Source: an uncultured Muribaculaceae bacterium (GTDB lineage: Bacteria > Bacteroidota > Bacteroidia > Bacteroidales > UBA932). Taken from it: a stretch of 64,000 nt of DNA. A program made the position numbers and the translations under genes. Under the pieces are notes generated by a model. It saw nothing but the letters and a program-made list of their open reading frames with translations. It did no database searches and was not told where the DNA came from. Location of the stretch: the NCBI GenBank assembly GCA_964569595.1, contig CAZMTY010000001.1:19447-83446 (forward strand), given 5' to 3'. Shown here in pieces: positions 27,505-37,275 of the stretch (position 1 is its first letter; each line of letters opens with the position of its first letter).

Positions 27505-28341
27505 ATGAAACGAACTATGATTATACTTCAACTGCTGCTGTTCATGGCAGTTCCGGCCGGCGCATCAGAGCTTCTGGCCGTTTTTTGGAATGTCGAGAAT
27601 TTCTTCGACTACCGCTCGGATGCAGGCCCCAAGTATTGGACACGGGGCAGATTCTACACAAAATGCGATGCTGTCGCCAAGACCCTTCTCAAAATCGCGG
27701 ACGAATACGGGCGTATTCCCGATATAATAGGCTTTGCGGAGCTTGAGAACGGCTTTGTACTGCATTCCATAGTAAACTCCACCCAGTTGCGGAGGCTTGG
27801 CTATAAGGCCGTGCATTTCGATTCTCCTGACCATCGCGGCATAGACTGCGGACTGCTCTATAAGCCCGGTCTCGACCTGGTGGAGGCCTTCCCTGTGCAC
27901 GTATATGATTCTACGGGGACGGTGATGGCGACGAGGGACATTCTTGTGGCCGTATTCGACTCCTTAGCGGTGCTCGTGAATCATCATCCCTCCAAGATAG
28001 GCGGGAAGAGCGACAGGCGCGAGGCGGCTATGGCGAGGATGAACGCGGTGGCGGATTCCCTATTGACTGCGGGCAATGTGAGGGTGATAGCCATGGGGGA
28101 TTTCAACGAAGTCCTTTGGGAAGGGGAGGGGACCCTGAAATACAACGGGCGCTGGGAAAAAATCGACGGCTGTTTCACTTTCGGAGATATAAGCGTTGAG
28201 GACAGGCCTTTTGCCGACCCGCTCCTGCTTACCCGGGACAAGGCCTTTGGCGGCACCAAGCCTCGGCGTACCTTCATAGGACCCCGTTACGAAGGGGGAG
28301 TCAGCGACCACCTGCCGCTTGTCATGCTTATTAATTTTTGA
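27505..28341 (+). CDS. endonuclease/exonuclease/phosphatase (EEP) family protein, secreted
   Basis: 278 aa. Signal peptide, then FWNVENFFD near the N-terminus and GVSDHLPLV at the C-terminus, the bracketing EEP motifs. Confidence 0.75.
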   Translation: MKRTMIILQLLLFMAVPAGASELLAVFWNVENFFDYRSDAGPKYWTRGRFYTKCDAVAKTLLKIADEYGRIPDIIGFAELENGFVLHSIVNSTQLRRLGYKAVHFDSPDHRGIDCGLLYKPGLDLVEAFPVHVYDSTGTVMATRDILVAVFDSLAVLVNHHPSKIGGKSDRREAAMARMNAVADSLLTAGNVRVIAMGDFNEVLWEGEGTLKYNGRWEKIDGCFTFGDISVEDRPFADPLLLTRDKAFGGTKPRRTFIGPRYEGGVSDHLPLVMLINF

Positions 28342-28397
28342 CTTGACCTTCAAAATTGGTATATTGTTGAGGTTTTACCCACATAATTTCAATAAAG

Positions 28398-29540
28398 ATG
28401 GTCAATAAAATTCATTCAAAATTCACGGAATTGTACGGAGAAGGCGGAACGCTTTACGCTGCAGCCGGACGTATCAACCTTATCGGAGAGCATACAGACT
28501 ATAATGGAGGATATGTGTTCCCCGGAGCTATCGACAAGGGAATTACAGCAGAAATCAAACTCAACGGCCTTGATGAGGTGAGGCTGTACTCGCTTGATTA
28601 TGATGCCCAGTCGGTTTTCGGACTTCAGGAGGAGGACAAGCCGGAGCAGGCATGGGCGAGGTATGTTTTCGGAGTGTGTCGCGAGACTCTCAAGAGGGGA
28701 GGAAAGGTGGCCGGCTTCGACGCCGTATTCGCAGGTGATGTGCCGCTCGGAGCCGGACTCTCGTCATCCGCAGCACTCGAGAGTTGTTTTGCATTTGCCA
28801 TCAATGACCTGATGGGCAACAATATAGACAAGTTCGAGCTTGCCCGTATTGGCCAGTCTACTGAGCATAACTATTGCGGCGTGAACTGCGGTATTATGGA
28901 CCAGTTCGCCTCATGTTTCGGCAAGAAGGGGAGCCTGATGCTTCTCAACTGCAAGACGCTGGAACATAAGTATTTTCCTTTTGACCCCGTGGGTTATAAA
29001 CTCGTGCTGCTGGATTCCTGCGTGAAGCACGAACTCGCATCGTCGGCCTACAATGACAGGCGCAGGTCCTGCGAGAATGCAGCTGCAGCGATACGGAAGC
29101 GTCACCCCGAGGTGGAGTTCCTGAGTGACAGCAAGCGTCTGTGGCTTGAAGAAGTGCGCGGCGAAATTCCCGAAGAAGATTTCCTTCGTGCGGAGTATGT
29201 CATAGGAGAGGTTCAGAGGGTTCTTGACGTGTGCGACGCCCTTGAAAGGGGTGACTACGTTACGGTGGGAGAGATGATGTACCAGACCCACTTCGGACTC
29301 AGCCGTCTGTATGAGGTGAGTTGCGAGGAACTCGATTTCCTGAACGCTTTAGCCCGCAAGATGGACGTGACCGGCTCGCGCGTAATGGGCGGAGGCTTCG
29401 GCGGATGTACTATCAACCTCGTGAAAGAGGAGCTCTACGAGCCCTTCATTGCCGCCGCAAAAGAGCAGTTTGCAGAGCGCTTCGGCCATGAACCCAAGGT
29501 ATATGAGGTCGTGATTTCCGATGGAGCACGCAGACTCTGA
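28398..29540 (+). CDS. galK: galactokinase
   Basis: GRINLIGEHTDYNGGYVFP (galactokinase signature) and PLGAGLSSSAALE (GHMP ATP motif). Confidence 0.95.
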   Translation: MVNKIHSKFTELYGEGGTLYAAAGRINLIGEHTDYNGGYVFPGAIDKGITAEIKLNGLDEVRLYSLDYDAQSVFGLQEEDKPEQAWARYVFGVCRETLKRGGKVAGFDAVFAGDVPLGAGLSSSAALESCFAFAINDLMGNNIDKFELARIGQSTEHNYCGVNCGIMDQFASCFGKKGSLMLLNCKTLEHKYFPFDPVGYKLVLLDSCVKHELASSAYNDRRRSCENAAAAIRKRHPEVEFLSDSKRLWLEEVRGEIPEEDFLRAEYVIGEVQRVLDVCDALERGDYVTVGEMMYQTHFGLSRLYEVSCEELDFLNALARKMDVTGSRVMGGGFGGCTINLVKEELYEPFIAAAKEQFAERFGHEPKVYEVVISDGARRL

Positions 29541-29618
29541 TTGGGAATATCAGGCACTCAGGTTCCTGAGAACCGGTAAAAACACAATATCAGTCTGAGT
29601 GCTTTGTGCATAAGAAAA

Positions 29619-29657
29619 GGGACCGATGATAGCTGTCGGTCCCTCGTTATTTCTTTC
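29619..29657 (+). terminator. rho-independent terminator of galK
   Basis: GGGACCGA...TCGGTCCC hairpin (29619-29643) followed by TCGTTATTTCTTTC. Confidence 0.7.
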
Positions 29658-29750
29658 ATAAATCTTTGTCTCTGCTTGTCTCTCCGGATTCTCTCCCGCC
29701 TGTTTAGCCCGAATCATCGTTCCGGTTTCGGGAGGACCTGGTGAAACTTC

Positions 29751-30341
29751 CTATGCGAAGAACTGTGAAAGCCAGTCGGAATCCACTGAGGCGAGTCCCT
29801 GCACGGATTCCCTTATACCGGGATTGCGCATCACTAATGCGGCGCAGTCTTCATAGACCCTGAATCCCACTTCCACCAGTTCCATGTTTCCGTTTTCGGG
29901 ATAGGCAAGCGTTATTTCCGAATCCGCTCCGTTCAGCCTGTAGAACTTCATCTTCACGTCCTTGTGTATCTCGTGGCAACTGACGTACTTGCAGACCTCT
30001 ATCACCACGTCGTCAAGGCCGGAGTCGAAAATCTTTATCTTCTCGATGAGTTCTCCCGTACTGCGGACCAGTCTGCCGGTATAGCCTTCAGGCAGTTCTT
30101 CTCCCTTGACTTTAGACTCGGTAAGCAGAATCAGAAGTTTCCCATCCGGGTCGTGATAGAGAAAGGGTCCGGAATCCAGATTGCCGGCTCCGCAGTGCGG
30201 ACAGGTCCAGAGAAAAAGTTCACCGTTGAGGACGGATTCCTTAAGCTCCGGCTTCTCCGCAACGTTGACGGAGGTCAGGAAATGCTGTTCCGAACTCCTG
30301 CCACAGCTACGGCAGATTACTTCTTTCTCTTGTCCACCCAC
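29751..30341 (-). CDS. CpXC domain-containing protein (function unknown)
   Basis: 196 aa with two CxxC knuckles (ICRSCG and TCPHCG) spaced as in the CpXC family. Its start overlaps the upstream small membrane ORF by 25 nt. Confidence 0.6.
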   Translation of the reverse strand: MGGQEKEVICRSCGRSSEQHFLTSVNVAEKPELKESVLNGELFLWTCPHCGAGNLDSGPFLYHDPDGKLLILLTESKVKGEELPEGYTGRLVRSTGELIEKIKIFDSGLDDVVIEVCKYVSCHEIHKDVKMKFYRLNGADSEITLAYPENGNMELVEVGFRVYEDCAALVMRNPGIRESVQGLASVDSDWLSQFFA

Positions 30342-30607
30342 ACCCAGAATTTATAGACTATGAAACCCCAGACGAAGAAGATAGCCAGGTAAAGAAGATA
30401 CGGCAGAGTGGTACTGAACGCGTCCCATGCAAGATATTTCTCGAAGTCGGGAATATCAGCATAATAATAGGCCCCGGCCCCGAAATCCAGTTCTTCCTGG
30501 AGTCCGAGACCGTTGGCCATAATGTAGACAAGGGCTATGAGACTGATCGCGCATACTATTATGCTCGACAGTGCCCAGCCTGAAATATGTCTTCTCTTTC
30601 GTATCAA
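30317..30607 (-). CDS. small two-TM membrane protein (function unknown)
   Basis: 96 aa. Two hydrophobic segments (WALSSIIVCAISLIALVYIM and LPYLLYLAIFFVWGFIVYKFWVW) and a basic tail. It is wedged 12 nt after the transporter gene. Confidence 0.45.
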   Translation of the reverse strand: MIRKRRHISGWALSSIIVCAISLIALVYIMANGLGLQEELDFGAGAYYYADIPDFEKYLAWDAFSTTLPYLLYLAIFFVWGFIVYKFWVWVDKRKK

Positions 30608-30619
30608 AGTGACTGTTCC

Positions 30620-31981
30620 TTAGCTAAGTGTAGGAATGGGGAAAATTACGCCGGAGAGCAGCAGCCATACCATGAACATAGTGAGCACGACATTGAACAG
30701 CTGTCCTACGATATACAGCCATACGACCTTTCCGCCGTGAAGCTGCTTGATAATCTCCCTGAAGTTCGTGTCGAGACCGATGCTGACGAACGCAAGCACG
30801 AATGCCCAGTTCTTGTACTCGTCAAGCACTTTGTTGACAGCATTTACCTGGCCTGCCCCGAAGACGGGCTGGAGTACGAAAGATGCAATGAGTGATGCAG
30901 CGAAGAAGCCGAGGATGAACTTCGGGAAGCGTCTCCATATTTCTATGGCTCCGACTTTTTCGACGCGTTCGCCGTTTTCATTGGGCTCTACCCTCGTAGC
31001 GAAGAAGAGAGACACGAAGAATGCCACGAAGCCGATAAGGATGTTCTGAATCGACTTGACGAGCACTGCAGAGGTCTGAGCTGCTTCCTCTCCGAGAGCT
31101 GTTCCTGCAACTACAACTGCACCGGTACTGTCCACCGTACCTCCGATGAGGGCACCTCCCATGATAGGAGACAGTCCCACAGCCTTGATAAGCGGCGGCA
31201 TTCCGACCATCATAAGCACAGTGAAAATAACGGAAATTGACACTGCCACGGTCAGATCGGTCTTCTTGCACTTTGCGGCGGCTCCAGTAGCGATTGCAGC
31301 TGATGTACCGCAGACACTGGTAGCCGAAGCGAGCGTAATCACAAGGGGCTTGTTGTCAATCTTGAGTACCTTGACTCCGAACCACCACATGAAGATGATA
31401 CAGAGGGGAACTACCACCCAGGAAATACCGAGTCCGTAAAGGCCGAATTTGGCAATGTTTGAGAAGAGTACCGAAAATCCCATAATCACCAGGCCGGTCT
31501 TAATGTAGAACTCTGTCCTCACGGCAGGTTTGAGCCAGTTGGGGACACCGACAGTGTTGGAAACGAGAAGTCCTACGATAAGAGCCCAGAAAGCCCACTC
31601 GAGATAGCGGTTAAGCGTGAATTCCGCACTGATGAGCCTTACGATAACTCCGAGGATGAATAATCCAACGAAAGCGGGGATGTACTTCTTTGCAGTCTCT
31701 CCCATGAGTTTTGCTCCTATCGTGAAGAGGACGCAAAGAACGGCAAAGGTTTTTAGTAGCCTCGTCCAAAATGTGAACGAACTCATCTGCACTCCAAGAG
31801 ATGTGGCGTTGGTAGCTGCAGCCTCGCCCCATGACCAAGTCTTGAAGTTAAATGCAGAGAAATCAAATAAGCCGGAAAAAACGGAAACACAGCCTATGAC
31901 AATGACTGCGAATCCAATCCACACGGCAAGCCAATCCTCTGTCTTGTAGAGTGTTGACCACGAATTTGACTTGTTACTCAT
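30620..31981 (-). CDS. YeiH/UPF0324-like (putative sulfate exporter family) integral membrane transporter
   Basis: Polytopic membrane protein. I prefer ATG 31979-31981 (MSNKSNSWSTLYKTEDWLAVWIGF), since -7 boxes lie just upstream. The 61 upstream codons of the track ORF look non-coding. Confidence 0.55.
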   Translation of the reverse strand: MSNKSNSWSTLYKTEDWLAVWIGFAVIVIGCVSVFSGLFDFSAFNFKTWSWGEAAATNATSLGVQMSSFTFWTRLLKTFAVLCVLFTIGAKLMGETAKKYIPAFVGLFILGVIVRLISAEFTLNRYLEWAFWALIVGLLVSNTVGVPNWLKPAVRTEFYIKTGLVIMGFSVLFSNIAKFGLYGLGISWVVVPLCIIFMWWFGVKVLKIDNKPLVITLASATSVCGTSAAIATGAAAKCKKTDLTVAVSISVIFTVLMMVGMPPLIKAVGLSPIMGGALIGGTVDSTGAVVVAGTALGEEAAQTSAVLVKSIQNILIGFVAFFVSLFFATRVEPNENGERVEKVGAIEIWRRFPKFILGFFAASLIASFVLQPVFGAGQVNAVNKVLDEYKNWAFVLAFVSIGLDTNFREIIKQLHGGKVVWLYIVGQLFNVVLTMFMVWLLLSGVIFPIPTLS

Positions 31982-32007
31982 TACTTGAAGTGTAAATGAT
32001 TTGCCCG

Positions 32008-32025
32008 CAAATTTAAGCAAACTTA
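32008..32025 (-). promoter_or_regulatory. tandem -7 promoter boxes (TAAGTTTG, TAAATTTG on minus strand) for the YeiH-like gene
   Basis: CAAATTTA (32008-15) and CAAACTTA (32018-25) on the + strand are both TAnnTTTG on the minus strand, 27-44 nt upstream of ATG 31981. Confidence 0.45.
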
Positions 32026-32219
32026 AAAGTATTAGCAAATTAGCCGTTCCGCGGGGCACGGGACAGGGGAGAGTCTGAAGGTCAAAAGTCCTGAAGGGGG
32101 ACCGCAACCGTAGGAAGCGAGATCCCCCTGACAGGGGCTTGAGACGGCCCCAGAGTGAAAGCACCCCCGTACGGGCGACACGGGAGGGCCGGGAAAAGAC
32201 CGGAGAGGAAGGCCGTATT

Positions 32220-35180
32220 TTACATGTCTACGCTGAATACGAGACTGATGCTGTGCGGAGATTTCTCGTACCCTATTGAGCCAAGATAAGAGAATAATCC
32301 GCCGCCCTTGTAGTTGTAGGAGATGCCTATGCGCGTGTCGTAGGGAATCCATACGAGGTTGCCCAGACGGACACTGAAATCCGCTCCGGCGCTGTAGAGG
32401 GACCCTGAACTCGTCTCACTGATTCCCGAACACAGGTCGGCGTGCAGGGTAAGTTCGAAATTCCTGATGTATGCGAGGGGCCCGAGCCAGCTCCAGTCGA
32501 CGGGGAACAGGGGCATAGCATAGTCTATGGAGAGTTTGTTCCTGTTAGGGAACAGGGATACGAGTGCCGAGGTCGAAGCCGTGGTGAATCCCCGGGGGGC
32601 TATGGAGAGATAGGGTTCGCAGAAAGTGCTCGAGGTATTGCGGTTTTCATACATGAACCTCAGTCTAATGCCGTGGGTCTGCCATACTCCGGGTACGTAG
32701 GCGTAGGCGTAAAGGTAGAAATTGGGGGAAATCACGTCGCTGACGTAGGGTCTGGAGTAATAACCGCCCTCCGCACCTATGCCCCATCTCGGATAGATTC
32801 TCGACGAAGGAGTGTTTTCCATTATGTAGCCCCTCACGCTGGCAACCATGGAGGACATGTAGCCCGAACTTTCGCTGTCCACCTGGATGTCATTGGTGGC
32901 ATTGAAACTGAACTGGGGGATTATACCCCTGGTCAGGCCTCCGCGGGTAAAGATGAGGGGAACGTATGCCACGAAATTGGCCCTGAAAAGGGGGCGGGAA
33001 GTGTAGACCGATGACAGGGATATGGTGCCTCCGTTTCCCGTAAAACGATAGCCTGTAGTATACACTACCGAGTTCCTTTCGTTCAGATGCAGGCTGGCTT
33101 CCAGCACGGGATACAGGCCCGAGTAGGACAAGGTCAGATGTCCGCTGTGGTTCCAGCCGGAGTAGGAATCAAATCCTGCATGATATGCGACCGAGCCCCA
33201 GGTATCCCCGAGGTCGTTCTGGAAAAAGGCGGTGGCTCCGAGACCGGCCACGGAAGTTATATTCGAGAAACTCAGGCTGCCTATGGAGTCATAGTCCACG
33301 AACAGGGGTACCCAGGAGTGGAACCTGATGAGGTGGGTGAGTTTGGAATATCTCCTGGGTGCGCTGACCGAGTCGGCCATTTCGAGCGTATATGAAACCT
33401 TCTCCGCTTCGCCTGCAGCCAGGGCCTCCACGAAGGGATAGTCCGGCGTCTGCGAGAAATCCGCCTTCACGGGCATGAGCGAGCTGGCCGTAGTGGTATG
33501 GACCGTCCTGCCATCGGGCTTGAGTACGGTGAAGTAAAGAGTGTCTCTCTGGGGGTCGAAACAGAAGTCTCCGCCTCCGTGCGGGGTGGATGTCAGGCGG
33601 AACAGGCTGCCGTCCGAAGGATTCAGGGAGTAGAGTTCGTGTACTCCGCTGAGGTCGCAGGCAAAGAGTATATTTCCCCCGGATGAGAACGGCTGCTTTA
33701 TGGTCACGTACCGGGGACCGAGGACGCAGCTGAAGTCACGTACCCTGTAGATTCCATAGCCTCCGTCGCTCAGGGCCGTTGTATAGAGTTCATTGCCCAC
33801 CCATACGGGCTCCAAGACCTGCAGACCGTCGGGAGCGCTGTAACTGCTTATGACTCTTCCGTCCGATGCATCGAGCACCACTATGTTGCTCCCTCCCTGC
33901 ATGGGATATTCGCTGACTGCAATCAGGGCCGATTCCTCTGCCGCTGCGGGGTGGTAATAGCGCTTCCCCTTGGTGAGGTTGTGGCGCCTGCCGTCGGTAT
34001 CCATATACCTGAGGTTCGAATAGGAACGCATCTCCCAGCGCGGGTCGCGGACATACTCGGTCCAGTATAGATTCCCGGTTATCTTGCTGTATGTCAGTCC
34101 CGTGTAGCTCGAAGCGAAACTCCCCATTGACCTTTCAGAGCCGTCCTTTTCTATGCTCACGAGCTGCGGGGCCCTGGTCAGGCCGTCCCTTACGGCATAC
34201 ATCCGCTCTCCGGCAAATCCGAGGCGGTTCAGTTGCGTGAAACGTGAGTGGGTACGGGTAAACTGCCGTGAATCCATGAAAGGGGCTCTCCGGGCCTCGT
34301 CTTCAGCCCACCAGGTCGCCAGACTGTCGCTTATTTCCGTAAATGCCTGCTTGAAAGACTTTCCTGAAACCTCCCTGAGCGTTTTGCCGAAGTTGTTGAA
34401 AACCACTCCGCGGTGGGAGGCGATACGCTCGAAGTAACGTGCCGTGAAGTCGGGGACATCGTAGAGACTGCGTATTCCGGCCATGGTGACATAGCCTGCC
34501 CTGTAATAGTCGGGGGTGTAGTGGCGCTGGGAGCCGTATCTCCATTTCCAGTAGTTGCGGAAATCGCCTTCGGCAAAGCTTACCCTGTAATATTCAAGGA
34601 AATCGGCTGACCTTCCGCGTCCTCCTTCAGTAAGTGCCGTTTCCGCAGTCACGGCATCACCCTCGAGAAAGGCCGGCCCGCAGTACACTGCAGAAAGGGC
34701 TCCGGCAACAAGCTGTCCTGTCACATAGTTCCAGCCGCGGAAGGGCGAGGCCGCGGTGAACTGCATCTGGGCTGCATGACGCGACTCGTGGAGTGTCAGC
34801 TGGGTCACCCAGGGCGTCGGTTCGGGATAGTCGGAGTCCGGAAGCGTCATGAGTTCTATTCTGCGCGGAGACCAGGTGACGACCCCGTTGGCGTACGCGG
34901 TGTGGGTGTGCAGAATCACCGGCATACGTTTGCTGTAACTCTGGTTGGGTCTGAATCCGGCCGTGTTCCCGACTATATCGGCCATGTGTTCCAGTCTTGA
35001 GGCGTAGACTAAGGCGAGGGAGTCGAGCCCCGAGGGATAGATGATCCTGTAGGTTCCGGTATCCATATACTTCCAGCGGACGGAAGCGGGCTCGGAGCCG
35101 AGGGTGTAGAACTGGGCGTGGGATTCGGCGGCCGTGAAAAGGGCCACTATGCTGAACAGTAACAGTTTAATCTTCTTCAT
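32220..35180 (-). CDS. 986-aa secreted protein: N-terminal HExxH metallopeptidase-like region, central beta-propeller-like repeats, C-terminal barrel-like region; function unknown
   Basis: Signal peptide MKKIKLLLFSIVALFTAAESHAQ. HESRH at aa 131-135 (34776-34790). The middle carries TolB/WD-like motifs (LYWTEY.., ELYSLNPSDGSL, TLYFTV). The last ~330 aa show an alternating aromatic/Gly/Ser strand pattern. Confidence 0.6.
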   Translation of the reverse strand: MKKIKLLLFSIVALFTAAESHAQFYTLGSEPASVRWKYMDTGTYRIIYPSGLDSLALVYASRLEHMADIVGNTAGFRPNQSYSKRMPVILHTHTAYANGVVTWSPRRIELMTLPDSDYPEPTPWVTQLTLHESRHAAQMQFTAASPFRGWNYVTGQLVAGALSAVYCGPAFLEGDAVTAETALTEGGRGRSADFLEYYRVSFAEGDFRNYWKWRYGSQRHYTPDYYRAGYVTMAGIRSLYDVPDFTARYFERIASHRGVVFNNFGKTLREVSGKSFKQAFTEISDSLATWWAEDEARRAPFMDSRQFTRTHSRFTQLNRLGFAGERMYAVRDGLTRAPQLVSIEKDGSERSMGSFASSYTGLTYSKITGNLYWTEYVRDPRWEMRSYSNLRYMDTDGRRHNLTKGKRYYHPAAAEESALIAVSEYPMQGGSNIVVLDASDGRVISSYSAPDGLQVLEPVWVGNELYTTALSDGGYGIYRVRDFSCVLGPRYVTIKQPFSSGGNILFACDLSGVHELYSLNPSDGSLFRLTSTPHGGGDFCFDPQRDTLYFTVLKPDGRTVHTTTASSLMPVKADFSQTPDYPFVEALAAGEAEKVSYTLEMADSVSAPRRYSKLTHLIRFHSWVPLFVDYDSIGSLSFSNITSVAGLGATAFFQNDLGDTWGSVAYHAGFDSYSGWNHSGHLTLSYSGLYPVLEASLHLNERNSVVYTTGYRFTGNGGTISLSSVYTSRPLFRANFVAYVPLIFTRGGLTRGIIPQFSFNATNDIQVDSESSGYMSSMVASVRGYIMENTPSSRIYPRWGIGAEGGYYSRPYVSDVISPNFYLYAYAYVPGVWQTHGIRLRFMYENRNTSSTFCEPYLSIAPRGFTTASTSALVSLFPNRNKLSIDYAMPLFPVDWSWLGPLAYIRNFELTLHADLCSGISETSSGSLYSAGADFSVRLGNLVWIPYDTRIGISYNYKGGGLFSYLGSIGYEKSPHSISLVFSVDM

Positions 35181-35184
35181 CGAA

Positions 35185-35192
35185 CAAATGTA
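35185..35192 (-). promoter_or_regulatory. -7 promoter box (TACATTTG on minus strand) for the 986-aa gene
   Basis: CAAATGTA on the + strand; only 4 nt separate it from ATG 35180. Confidence 0.45.
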
Positions 35193-35233
35193 ACATTTTT
35201 TGCATAACTTTACCGACCAACTCTGTGCGGCAG

Positions 35234-36205
35234 ATGAAAAAAGTCCTGATATACGCTATCCTACTTGTCTGTCTCGTGTCATGCGGAAGCCGTTCGGGCA
35301 ATGCTGCCGGGAACGCCGCCCCGGCCACGAGAAATTTTCCGTTTCCCGATATTCCGGTGATGCTCACTGACCAAAAAGAGAGGCAGGAATACCTGGTCTC
35401 GCATTTTTGGGACGCCTTTTTCACGGAGGGATGGCGGACGGATTCGTCCATGGTGCTCGGGGTCAGAGACGCGGAACTCGAACGCAGTCTCGCTTCCTAC
35501 ATAGTCATGCTGCAAAACATGCCCATGGATGAGGCTCAGGCCAGCGTGGCCGGACTCTTTTCGGCAATAGAGTCGCGGCAGGCCGCCGATACTTCCTCAC
35601 TTGTCTATCTCAGGATGACGGAGATCGTCGCCAAATACCTCTACGACCCCAATTCGCCCTTCCGCAGCGAGGACCTTTTCCTCCCTTTCGTCGAAGGTCT
35701 GGCAGCTTCGCCTTTCACCGACGATGCCCGAAGGCCCGGGTATCGCTTCGAACTGGAGATGTGCCGGCTCAACCCCTACGGCAGCACGGCTCCGGACTTC
35801 AGTTTCACGGATGCCGGAGGGAGAATCATGTCGCTGCACGGCATCAAGGCGGAATATACCATGCTGTTTTTCAGCAATCCGGGCTGTTCGTCCTGCCGGG
35901 AAATAGTCGATGCTATAGAAGCGAAAGCGTACACGGACGAAATGATAGCCGACGGGAGGCTCGCGGTGCTGAACATCTACATAGACGAAGACCTCGCCAA
36001 GTGGCGCGAATACCTTTCCTCCTATCCTGCGGAGTGGATAAATGCCTATGACCACGCCCAGAGGATAGTCTGGGAGCAGCTGTATTACGTCAGGGCCATA
36101 CCTTCGCTCTATTTGCTCGACTCGCAGAAGCGCATAATATTCAAGGACGCCCCCGTCGAAAGGGTGCTTGAATTCCTTGGCAGACTTGAAGATAACGTAC
36201 ATTAA
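35234..36205 (+). CDS. lipoprotein with C-terminal thioredoxin-like (TlpA/ResA-type) domain
   Basis: Lipobox LLVCLVSCGS, with CSSC in FFSNPGCSSCRE in the position of the thioredoxin CxxC. The N-terminal half has no motif I recognise (DUF5106-like by recollection only). The track start 35225 is GTG, so I prefer ATG 35234. Confidence 0.6.
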   Translation: MKKVLIYAILLVCLVSCGSRSGNAAGNAAPATRNFPFPDIPVMLTDQKERQEYLVSHFWDAFFTEGWRTDSSMVLGVRDAELERSLASYIVMLQNMPMDEAQASVAGLFSAIESRQAADTSSLVYLRMTEIVAKYLYDPNSPFRSEDLFLPFVEGLAASPFTDDARRPGYRFELEMCRLNPYGSTAPDFSFTDAGGRIMSLHGIKAEYTMLFFSNPGCSSCREIVDAIEAKAYTDEMIADGRLAVLNIYIDEDLAKWREYLSSYPAEWINAYDHAQRIVWEQLYYVRAIPSLYLLDSQKRIIFKDAPVERVLEFLGRLEDNVH

Positions 36206-36225
36206 CCATAATAAACAAGAACGCT

Positions 36226-37275
36226 ATGGCTGTAAAGAGAAAAATTTGGGGCAGGTCCGCAGACGGGCAAGCCATTTACAAGTACACGATTACCAATTCT
36301 TCCGGAGCTTCCGTGACCCTTTGCAATATCGGGGCTGCGATAGTCTCCGTGAACGTGCCCGACAAAAACGGCAGACTTGCGGATGTGGTTCTCGGCTACA
36401 GCAAGCCCGAAAGTTATTTCGGAGACGGCCCCTGTGCGGGCAAGTGCCCCGGACGTTACGCCAACCGCATAGCCGCCGGCAAGTTCACTTTGGACGGAAA
36501 GGAGTACAGTCTACCTGTCAATAACGGGCCCAACCACCTGCACGGAGGTCCCGAGGGCTTCCAGAACAAGGTCTGGACGTCTCGCAAGCACAATGGGGGA
36601 GTGGAATTCAAGTATGTCTCCCCGGACGGCGAGATGGGCTACCCGGGAAATATGGTCACTGTGGTACGTTACGACTGGAGCGAGAACAACGAACTGCGCA
36701 TGACCTTCAGCGCCAGGACGGATGCCCCCACGGTGGTGAACCTGACGAACCATTGCTACTTCAACCTGAACGGCAAGGGCAGCGTGCTGCGCCACTATCT
36801 CAGGCTCAATGCTTCGGAATACCTCCCCACGGACGAGACTCTGATACCGACAGGAGACAGCGAGCCTGTAGCCGGCACTCCCATGGACTTCCTGACACCG
36901 AAGACCCTCGGCAGGGACATAAAGAAGGATTTCCCCGCGCTCAACTACGGCAAGGGCTACGATGCCTGCTGGGTGATTGACGGCTATGTGCCCGGTCAGC
37001 TGCAGGAGGCGGCGGAACTCTTTTCGCGTCAGAGCGGACGCACGCTCAAGGTCTACACCACCCAGCCCGGAGTGCAGGTCTACACCGGAAACTGGATTGA
37101 CGGCTGCCCGGAAGGCAAGCGCGGCAGGATATATCACGACTATTGCGCCGTGGCCCTCGAGTGCCAGCACTTCCCCGACAGCCCCAACAATCCCGACTAT
37201 CCCACGACCGTACTCAGACCGGGCAAGAGGTTCAACGAGGCCATAATCTTCGAGTTCGGCGTATTGGCTGACTGA
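36226..37275 (+). CDS. galM: aldose 1-epimerase (mutarotase)
   Basis: 349 aa. [24 protein letters not shown] and the catalytic-Glu region [12 protein letters not shown]. The stop overlaps the thyA ATG (TGATG). Confidence 0.9.
   Translation: MAVKRKIWGRSADGQAIYKYTITNSSGASVTLCNIGAAIVSVNVPDKNGRLADVVLGYSKPESYFGDGPCAGKCPGRYANRIAAGKFTLDGKEYSLPVNNGPNHLHGGPEGFQNKVWTSRKHNGGVEFKYVSPDGEMGYPGNMVTVVRYDWSENNELRMTFSARTDAPTVVNLTNHCYFNLNGKGSVLRHYLRLNASEYLPTDETLIPTGDSEPVAGTPMDFLTPKTLGRDIKKDFPALNYGKGYDACWVIDGYVPGQLQEAAELFSRQSGRTLKVYTTQPGVQVYTGNWIDGCPEGKRGRIYHDYCAVALECQHFPDSPNNPDYPTTVLRPGKRFNEAIIFEFGVLAD

Noticed and set aside
27321-27746. A 141-aa ORF spanning the ychF terminator and the start of the EEP gene.
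   Set aside because: It reads through a strong terminator hairpin and overlaps the well-supported signal-peptide start of the EEP gene in another frame. It is spurious.
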